A DNA stretch of 64,000 nucleotides from an uncultured Planctomycetales bacterium (GTDB lineage: Bacteria; Omnitrophota; Gorgyraeia; Zapsychrales; Aceulaceae). The notes under the pieces were generated by a model. That model was not told the DNA's origin, searched no databases, and saw only the letters and a list, made by a program, of their open reading frames with translations. Position 1 is the stretch's first letter, and each line of letters begins with the position of its first letter. This document shows positions 1-8,900 of this stretch, piece by piece. Both the position numbers and the translations under genes were made by a program. Location: assembly GCA_964648665.1 (NCBI GenBank), contig CAZYOA010000001.1:48128-112127 (forward strand). Direction: 5' to 3'.

Positions 1-59
1 CTGAGGTTGTTCGCCAAAAAATGAAAAATGCACTTTACGAAGGGATAAAAGCTTTATGA
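1..59 (+). CDS. 3' end of an unidentified upstream CDS (partial, runs off the window)
   Basis: Frame 3 is open from the window edge (...EVVRQKMKNALYEGIKAL*). Its TGA (57-59) overlaps the pilD ATG (56-58) as ATGA. Too short to identify. Confidence 0.3.
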   Translation, partial: EVVRQKMKNALYEGIKAL

Positions 60-856
60 TCATGGAACAGCAATTTTTTTCTATTTCTATTTTTCTTTTT
101 GGTTTAATTGTCGGAAGTTTTTTAAATGTTTGTATTATTCGCATGGCTAAAGAAGAATCTATTGTTATGCCAGGATCTCATTGTCTAAAGTGTAAGAAGC
201 AGATTCCTTGGTATGACAATATTCCGCTTTTAAGTTTTATTCTGCTAAGAGGGAAGTGTCGATTTTGTGGTGAAAAATTTTCTTTTCGTTATTTTTTTAT
301 TGAACTTTTAACAGGTCTTGTATTTTTAGGAATGTATCAATATGTTGGTTTGCGTTTAATTTTGATTCCATATTTGGTTATGATGTCAGGATTTATCGTT
401 GCAACATTTACAGATATTGATGAGCGAATTATTCCAGATGAAATTAGTATTGGTGGCATGATCGTAGGTCTTGTTTTGAGTCTTCTTATCCCTGAATTGC
501 ATAAAACAGATTTACATCTTTTATCTTTGTGGAGATCAGTTTTAGGGGTCTTGATTGGTGGAGGATCGATTTATTTGATGGGTATCCTTGGTGATTTTAT
601 CTTTAAAAAAGAATCTATGGGTGGCGGCGATGTTAAGCTTATGGCTATGATTGGTGCATTCTTAGGTTGGAAATTGGCAATTTTAGCATTCTTTATCGCT
701 CCTTTCTTTGGTGCGGTTTTTGGTATCATCGAAAAAATTAGAACAAAGCAAAGCCTTATCCCTTATGGCCCGTTTCTTGTTATAGGCGCTTTGATCGCAC
801 TTTTCTATTCCGATCCAATTATCAATTGGATTCTTACCGGATACGGTCTTAAATGA
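56..856 (+). CDS. pilD: Type IV prepilin leader peptidase (peptidase A24, PilD-type)
   Basis: 266-aa polytopic ORF. N-terminal four-Cys box (CLKC...CRFC). Two Asp motifs typical of A24 aspartic prepilin peptidases (FTDIDERIIPD and GGGDVKLM). Confidence 0.9.
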   Translation: MIMEQQFFSISIFLFGLIVGSFLNVCIIRMAKEESIVMPGSHCLKCKKQIPWYDNIPLLSFILLRGKCRFCGEKFSFRYFFIELLTGLVFLGMYQYVGLRLILIPYLVMMSGFIVATFTDIDERIIPDEISIGGMIVGLVLSLLIPELHKTDLHLLSLWRSVLGVLIGGGSIYLMGILGDFIFKKESMGGGDVKLMAMIGAFLGWKLAILAFFIAPFFGAVFGIIEKIRTKQSLIPYGPFLVIGALIALFYSDPIINWILTGYGLK

Positions 857-911
857 CGTGTATTAATTAAACATCTAACTAATATTAATACTTATATTTA
901 CTTCTAAAAAG

Positions 912-939
912 TTGTTTTTCTGTCTAAATATGTTATCTT
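912..939 (+). promoter_or_regulatory. Putative sigma70-type promoter of giant paralog 1 (TTGTTT, 16-nt spacer including TGT, TATCTT)
   Basis: -35-like TTGTTT at 912-917. Extended -10 TGT-TATCTT at 931-939. The core ATATGYTAT recurs upstream of paralogs 2 and 3. Confidence 0.35.
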
Positions 940-979
940 TTAAGTAACGATGAATATTAATACTTAAAAGAACTCTATT

Positions 980-3900
980 ATGAACAGAAAAATCTTTAAA
1001 AATAAAGTTTTATTCTTGTGTATCAGTGTTTTTTTTATTTTTAGCACTGTTTTGCAAGCTTCTCCATTGATTGGGTCGAATTTAGTATTGGTCCCAACAT
1101 TTTCTTCAGGTCAAATTTTTACACCTCCTCTTATCGCAGGAATTCAGATTGATGATAAGAATCCATTCTTATTCAATTTCTTTGTTCACCCAGGCGATAA
1201 TAATCTTGAAGATCAAAACTTAAATCAAGAAGCAAAGAGAATGATTAGATATTTCTTGGCTTCGTTAACTATTCCAGAAAAAGATTTTTGGGTCAATCTT
1301 TCTCCGTATGAAAAAGATCGCATTATTGAAGAAAAGTTCTCAGAAACAGAGCTTGGGCGAGATTTATTAAGCCAAGATTACCTTTTAAAGCAAATGGTGA
1401 GCATGCTAATGCATCCAGATGGGGAGATTGGAAAGAAGTTTTGGAAAAAAATTTACAAGAAGGCATATGAAGCTTTTGGGACGACTGAGGTTTCTGTTAA
1501 TTCTTTAAACAAGGTTTGGATTGTTCCTGAAAAGGCTACTGTTTATCAACAAGGAAATGCGGCGTTTGTCACAGAGGCTAAGCTTAAAGTTCTTATGGAA
1601 AAAGATTATTTGGCTTTGCGGGAGCATGGAGAAAGATCTTCTAGCAAGGATGCGTTAAGAAATAACCAAGAAAACGAGAAGGAAAGTTTTTCAAGTAAAA
1701 TTATTCAAGAAATTATTATTCCAGAGATTGAAAGGGAAGTTAATTTTGGAAAAGCTTTTAGCCCTTTGCGTCAGGCCTATCATGCTCTTATTCTAGGGGA
1801 TTGGTTTAAGAAGAAGTTGTCGAAAAATATTATTAATCATATTTATACAAATAAGGGAAAAACTTCTGGAATTGATGCGTATGATCAATCTGAGACTAAA
1901 AGAATTTATTTAGAATATGTTGAAAACTATAAAAAGGGAATTTGTAATTATATAAAAACAGAATATGATTCGACTCAAAAGAAATATATTCCTCGTAAAT
2001 ATTTTTCTGGTGGAATAATGTGTATGAATGTCGATACGAAGGTTGTTGAAGACATCAAAAAAGTTTCTTCTTCAGGGTTAAAGGAAATTGAAAAGGATGC
2101 TATAAAATATAGAGTTATTTTAAAGCAAGCATCTTCTAAGATTTTTGTTAACAAAGCGTCCGATGAGTTTCTTCCAAAAGATGGTTCGATCTTTAATAAT
2201 GAATATGCTGTTCAGGGTTTTATTGAGGGGCTTCCTAAGGAAAATCGTGCTTTTCATATAGAAAATCTAAAAGAGTGGGTAGTCGAAAATGCCGATTATT
2301 ATCTTACTCAGCGTTTTTCTGGATTGATTCGGTGGGATTTTTTTATTGAAGGGCTTCTTCCGTCTTTTGGATTCTCAGATCAGCAAGTTTTTGAAATTGT
2401 CGAGCGGCTTGAGATTGAGGAAAAGATTACTGAGGACGTCACTCCTAATAATTTTGAATTCTTTCTTAAGCAAGCAAGGCTATTAGGGTCATCAACTCGG
2501 CCTTATGTAAAAATTTTATACAAAAGTCTTATTGCTTATCTTGAACTTCATAAAGAGAAAATAGTTAAAAGAGATTTTCAAGATATTAAAATGATGAAAA
2601 ATGTTCTTCAGGGTGAAATTATTAATTCGTTTGCATCTCAGCGTGGAAGTGAAAAATTATGTCTTATGGCACGTCAAATGGTTAAATCTGCTTTTTTCTT
2701 TTCAAGTTCAAGAATGGAAAAAATTGATAAACTTACCCGCTTTATTGAAAGAAGCGTTTTTGACAGAAATATCCATAAATATCAAGATTTAATGGACTTT
2801 CCAAGGCTCAAGAGAGCTTTAAAGGCTAAGCGTAATAAGGACAGAAAAGAAGATGGGAGCGGGAGATATTCGCTAGAAATAACAAAGGCGTTAGATGAGC
2901 TAATCACCGAAATCGAAAAGATTATAGAAAATCCTTCAGCAGCATCGGAAGATTTAATTAAATTTTGGGAAGAAATGAATGGGCAGTTGATTGCAGGCAA
3001 TATAAAGAAAAAGGAAATATTGACTAATTCAAGAAAAATTTTGGAAAAACTAAAAGAAGTAGAAGGTTTTTATGCTAATGAAGAGAAGGTGCGGGTTTTG
3101 CTTGAGATGACAGGAATTCGTACGAGCCTTTATTTAAATATTGTTCAAGCAGTGCAAGAGGCTTATCGAATTAATCAGAGTGATGAAAAGCGCTATGGAA
3201 GTCACATTCAAGAGTCCAGAGACATGGGAAAAGTCGCTTATAAAATGATTGAGGGAGACATTCTTCTTGAGGAGAAGATTGTTGAATATTCTCGTTCAGT
3301 TTTTTCTGATCTCCGAGAAAGCATTGATCCAAGAAATCTGACTCATGAGAATATTCAGGATACCATTTCTGCTGTTTATATTATTGCTAAAAATATGTCG
3401 TATTCATTAGGGTCACAGCCGGCATTAGGAATCTTTGCAGATAATTTAATTAAGCTACGCGACAAAGAGGTATACAAAGAGGAGGATTATTATAGGATTT
3501 TTGGACTTATTCAGCAAATTCAGGCAGAACTTAATGATGTTATTGATAATCTTACGAAGGAGTTTAAGCCTCGTGTTGAACTTATTCAGAAGAAGCAAGG
3601 CCTTAAATATTGGGAGGATACGCCTGAATCTCTTGGTTTTGCACAGGATTTATTGCTAACAACAATGCTTCGACAATTTAACGAAAGATTTCTTTTAGAT
3701 TGTCGAAAAATAATTGATCAAATTGAGGGGCCGCAAGAGCTAACCATGACTGTTGATCTTGTTTCTCAGAAAAAAGTTAGAAAGATCGCCAATATTTTAG
3801 TTGATTGGACGAAGATTCCTTGGGTTATTGGTCCTAAAGAAGCGACTGAGAATCTATTTAAATTTATTGGGTCTAAGGTTCATGGGCTTTATGTGATGCT

Positions 3901-5527
3901 GAAATTAGGTATGCCTATTCCTGAATGGTTTGTGATTCGCGCAAATCCTGAAAAAGATATATTTGACCTTAAAGATATCCGTAGTGATTTAGAGATACAA
4001 ATAAGGAAAATTGAAGATAAAAATGGTACAAGAATGGGAGATCCTAAAAACCCCTTATTATTTTCTTTGAGATCTGTTTTTCAGATTTCAATGCCTGGAG
4101 AGTTTTCAACGGTTTTAAACGTTGGGATGAACGATGAAGTGTTTGAAGGATTAAAAAAGAGCCATAGTGAGGAATTTGCCTTAAAGACATATATTAATTT
4201 TTTAAAAACATATGGAGAATTGATGGGGCCATTGATGTCTGATGAAGCGTATAATGAGTTTCGACCTTTAAACGATCGCGGTGATTTAAATGATTTAAGA
4301 AAAACTTTTAAGCAAATGAAAGATATCTTAAATTTCTCTAAGATTAAAATTCCTCAAGATCCTTGGAAACAAATTGAGATTATTACAGATTTTATTATGA
4401 ATCACTCTATCACGAGTGATATTCGCGATTTTTTGGCATGCCAGGGTGTCCCGGATTCATGGAAGGTAAGTGTTATTTTTCAAGAAATGGATTTTGGTTA
4501 TTTAAAAAAGGATTCCTTTACGGCTGTTGTGCATACGCGCGATGTTATTACAGGGAAAAATAATCTTCATGTAGAAATGATCCATGGGACAACTGGAATT
4601 TCGGTTGTTGGAGATAGAGATTCTCATCAAAAAGTTTACGATCGATTGCCTGACGACGATGAAAAAATTATAAATCATTATAAGCTGATGCTTGAAAAGA
4701 TGCTTGGGGGTCCTGTGGAGCTGGAGATAACAAAAGGAAAAACTTTAAATTTTTTACAGGCAAGAACAGCGCATTTGAATCCGCGGGCTATGCTGCGTAG
4801 TTTAGATTCTTTAATACGAGAAGGAATTTTAAGTGAAGAGGAAGCGGATTTTCAAAGGAAGTTGGCAAATACTCTTTTGAGCACTGCTCAAATATTTGAG
4901 GGCAGCAAACCTTTAGTACTTGCTGGTGGGTTTAGCGAAGGGGTTATGGCAGGAATGATTTCTCTTTCTTTTGATAAAGCAAAGAACATGATGAAAGGTG
5001 GAGAGGATGCGATTTTGATATTAGAAGATACACCTGCCAGAAAAGATAAATCGTATAAATCCTATTATGGAAAAAGACTTGGAGTTGTTACAGCTCATGG
5101 TGGATCAACTCAGCATTTTGCAGTCTTAGCGAGAAGTCCTCGCAATAATATGCCGTATATTTCTATGGTAGATGATCTTCAGGTGGACTTGGAAAAAAGA
5201 AGAGTAAAATTAGGTGGTAAATGGTTTAATGAAGGTGATGTGATTACCATGGACGGTTATCGAGGATTAATTTTTGAGGGAAACGTTGTTAAAAGTTCTT
5301 CAGTTGACGAGAAGAATGTAAAGAATAAATCAGCTTCTTCTTCCGTTGGAGGTATTGATATGACTTCTTTATATATGGAGCTCAACATTAAGTCGGATGA
5401 AGCAGGATTGGTTTTGCCTATTGAATTTCAAGATATGGATCAAATTCATTTTCAAGGTTTTGTTCCTGTCGTTTTGGATGCTGTCCCAATCGGTAATCCA
5501 TTGTCTACTCTTAGCGTTTTGAATTAA
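980..5527 (+). CDS. Giant exported protein, paralog 1 (signal peptide, shared N-module, helical middle, PPDK-like module, shared C-module)
   Basis: 1515-aa uninterrupted ORF. N-terminal hydrophobic signal with ...VLQA/S site. N- and C-terminal blocks align with the ORFs at 5921 and 10862. Confidence 0.9.
   Translation: [1515 protein letters not shown]
1067..2017 (+). other. Shared N-terminal module of the giant paralog family (copy 1), unrecognised family
   Basis: Collinear conserved blocks in all three paralogs: YFL..LT.P..D.WVNLSP.E..RI, MGRDLL.QDY.LKQ, FW...YKK.YE..GTT, KVW.VP.KA.VY, I.PE.E.EVN.GK.F..LRQ.Y, YKKG.C...K.EYD, IPRKYF.GG. Confidence 0.8.
3842..5290 (+). other. Pyruvate phosphate dikinase-like ATP-grasp plus phosphohistidine (swivel) module; no PEP/pyruvate TIM-barrel domain
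   Basis: Hand alignment to PPDK N-terminal two-thirds. [10 protein letters not shown] aligns with [45 protein letters not shown] aligns with [45 protein letters not shown] aligns with [30 protein letters not shown] aligns with GILT.RGGMTSHAAVVAR, with the His codon at 5114-5116. Confidence 0.75.
5336..5524 (+). other. Shared C-terminal module (copy 1)
   Basis: [63 protein letters not shown] aligns with the C-termini of paralogs 2 and 3. Confidence 0.8.
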
Positions 5528-5547
5528 AATTAAAATAAAACTTAGAT

Positions 5548-5623
5548 TGTTTTTATAAATATTGTGCTTTTCTCTTCAGATCTAATTATTAATTGGATCT
5601 CTAGTGGTTATGGCCTTAAATGA
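5548..5623 (+). pseudogene. Relic of a pilD 3' end (last ~20 codons plus stop) in the paralog 1-2 spacer
   Basis: 5561-5623 reads IVLFSSDLIINWISSGYGLK*. pilD 794-856 reads IALFYSDPIINWILTGYGLK*. By hand count 48/63 nt and 15/20 aa are identical, and the stop is at the same position. Confidence 0.8.
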
Positions 5624-5840
5624 GATTTGGATTTACAGAGTGTTAGCGAATGAAAATCTTTAGCCGAAATTGCCCTCCTCAGCCCTGATTTTCAAGGGCG
5701 CGAGATTTCACTAAGCTAAAAAAACTCTATAAAATTTCTAACCTCTGGAATTAATTTAAAGAAAACGCTTGCTTTTTTTAAAGAAGAGCATAAGTCTATA
5801 CGCAAGAGTATCTTATAGACTATTCATTCTTTTGAGTGAT

Positions 5841-5869
5841 TTGTATTCCTTTTATTTATATGCTATCCT
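5841..5869 (+). promoter_or_regulatory. Putative promoter of giant paralog 2 (TTGTAT, 17-nt spacer including TGC, TATCCT)
   Basis: -35-like hexamer at 5841-5846. Extended -10 TGC-TATCCT at 5861-5869. Shares the ATATGCTAT core with the paralog 3 upstream region. Confidence 0.35.
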
Positions 5870-5920
5870 TTTCAAGATCACGCCACGGTTTTATAAACAA
5901 TAAATCAAAAGGTCCTAAAA

Positions 5921-8900
5921 ATGAATAATTTTTTTAAAAAAGGCCTATCTTTGGCTGTGGCGATCGTTTTTTGTTTTCAAACATTTCTTCCTTCCGTTGT
6001 ATTAGCTCAATCTGTAAATTTCCCAACTCTTAATTTCGGCACACCTTTAAGTGCAAGTTTTTCTCCGGCAATTATTAATGGTCTTAAAGTTAACCTTAAA
6101 AACCCTTTTGAGCTCAGCTTCCTTGTTAATACTGGCGAGGACAATTTGCAGGGTCAAACTTTGAGTGAAGAGACGACAAAGCTTATTAAATATTTTTTAA
6201 CAGCACTTACAATTCCAGAGGAAGATTTATGGGTTAATCTTTCTCCGCATGAAAAGAATCGCATTATTTCTAAAGAATTTGAGCAAACCGATATGGGTCG
6301 CGATCTTCTTTTGCAAGATTATCTTTTAAAGCAGGTTTCGTCTGCGCTCGTGCATCCTGATAATGATTTAGGAAAAGAGTTTTGGAAACGGGTTTACAAA
6401 AAGTCGTATGAGCTTTATGGCACAACAGAAATTTCAGCAGATGCAATTCAAAAGATTTGGATTGTTCCAGAAAAGTCAGTGATTTACGAGAACGGCGATA
6501 TGGTTTTTGTTGCAGAAAGCTCTTTGAAGGTTATGACAGAAAAAGATTATAAAGCAATCGTTAACCAAAAAAATATCGCGATAAAAGATAGCAAAGATGT
6601 TATTTCTCAAAATATCTTAAAAGAAATTGTTATTCCTGAGCTTGAAAAGGAAGTAAATTCTGGTAAAAACTTTGCAAATTTACGTCAAATTTATCATTCG
6701 CTTATTTTAGCGGTTTGGTTTAAACAGACACTTAAAGAAAGCATTCTTGCTTCTGTTTATGCAGATCAAAATAAAGTTGCAGGTATTGAATCAGAAAGCA
6801 TCAATGTTAAAGAGGAGATTTATGATCAATATTTAGAAGCTTATAAAAAAGGTGTTTGTGATCTTGTTAAAGTAGAATATGACGAACATCAAAGCAGAAA
6901 TATTCCTCGAAAGTATTTTACAGGTGGGTTTAGCGCTTCAAGTGTTTTATTAAGCGAAACGCTAAATTTTTCTGCAAAAAACTACAAGAGCATTAAAGGA
7001 TCTCCAGCTTCTCAAAATCTTTGGGCGGATACAGGGTTTACGCCTGTGGAACCTAAGAAAATAAGTTCGACTATTTATAGTCCTAAAAAAGGAGGCGATG
7101 GGTATTACCTTCTAATAGAGGACAACACGGCGAAACTTTATGATCCCGAGAACGAAGATACTGGTAAAAAAATAACATTGCCTGGTCTTCAAGAAAACCC
7201 AAATGGTTTTCCTTCTATTTTTGATGCGTTGTTTAAAAAATATAAATCAGATTTAGTTGTCGCAGAAAAATTAAAGGACGTCGTGCAAGAGGAGCAAGAA
7301 GGATTGAGCAATATATTTAAAGGACACTTTAATACATTTAGCACGCTTGATTTTATTAATAAGCTGACCAAAGAGGTTAGAGAGAAAAAACCGAGGATAA
7401 AATTGTTTGAGGTTGCAGTAAGCACTATGGATCGCAGCTATCATGGAGGAACAAGTGCTCTTAAAAAATTTAGACCTGATAATCAGGGTAGAATTCTCGA
7501 CATGCCGGATTCGGAAATGAAGGATTTAAATTTCCTACGTGTAAGCTTTAATGATTATACAAGTGTTGAGTTTGAGTTTCATCATAGCGAGATAATGATT
7601 ACAACAAAAAAACAATCTTATGGTATGTGGCGAGAGACAGTTGAGACTAAAAAGCTTTTGCTAAAACCTGCGCTAGAGGTTTTGAGTCAGATGGAGAAAA
7701 AATATTTGGCTGATTCTCAATATGCTCATAACCTTTCTGAGGAAGAAGTCAAAAGAATTTACCCTAAGACTAACCATGATTTAATGATTTTATGTGAGCA
7801 TATTTTAGGATTATTAGGCCGTGATCGTGTTTATGATATGGATCGAGTTGGTTTTGCTGAGTCGTTTGATGGATCTGAGGAAAGGGTGCACGCATATATT
7901 AAAGGTATTAATCCTGGTAACACCTTAACGTTTCCTCGTGAAGGTGAAGGAATGTTTAAAATTTTGTTTTTAGATTCTGGTTTAAAGGTATTGTTTGAAT
8001 CGGGTAAAATTGCAAACGATGAGCTAAGAAATTTTGCCAATAAGATTGTTTCTTATTTACGAGGTCGTGCAGACGCTAAAAAGTTAATTCAAAATAATCC
8101 GCCAGTTACAGAATCTTTAAAGCAAACTTCGCAAGGTCTTGTGAATACAAGCATTAAAGGATTGATTCAAGAAATTGTTTATCAGATTCAACAGACCGTT
8201 GAAGATGGAGAAAATATTTATCTTGATAGGTTAAAATATCTTAATTTTGAAGATTTTAATAAATTGCCAAGTGAGGGTATGGATAAAGTATTTAGTCTTG
8301 AGTTAGTTTTCTCAAATGGACTTAAAATCTTAATTTTTTATTCTCAAAAAAATAAAAGATTTGAATCTACTCAGAGCATGTCTTATGGTGCAAATCCAAA
8401 TGATCAGCGCGAGAAAATTAAGAAGGCGGTTAGCTTTGCTTTGGCGCAAGAAAAAGTTTCTGACGATGCTATTTTAAATGCGAGTGTTGGTGAAATTGCA
8501 GAAGGCCAGAAAGACACTTTGATTGCAACAGATATTTATAAGTTTGTTTATGAACTTGTGGATCGATATCGAAAATTGGCAAAATATAGTTCTCCAACTG
8601 ATAATTTATTTAGCTCGGCTCAGTATGGATTCCCATATGAAGGAAGGACAATAGATCGTCTTGAAGATTTTCCTCATAATCAGACCATGCCTACAGGATA
8701 TTGGTTGAATATTAGGTTGGCTGATGGTACAGAGTTTACAATTCGATATTTAAAAGAAAAAGGTAGGTTTGTTTGTTGGCATGTTAGGCCATGCCAACGT
8801 TATTTAGATAGAGAGAATGAGTTTGTTCAAATGACTGAATCGGTTCTAGCTCTTAAGAATTCAGATTTGAAAGATCAGGATCAGGAAAAAGGGCTAATGA

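Noticed and set aside
2601-2792. Short same-strand nested ORFs in alternative frames. Further examples are 10134-10361, 13485-13829, 14088-14339, 17795-17989, 51132-51341 and 56132-56332.
   Set aside because: They are embedded in long, well-supported ORFs. They have no RBS or start context that I could see and no recognisable motifs. They are expected by chance.
5682-5699. Hairpin GCCCT-GATTTTCA-AGGGC considered as a tRNA anticodon arm or tRNA fragment.
   Set aside because: The loop is 8 nt rather than 7. No acceptor, D or T arms can be drawn around it. No tRNA or rRNA gene is supportable anywhere in the window.
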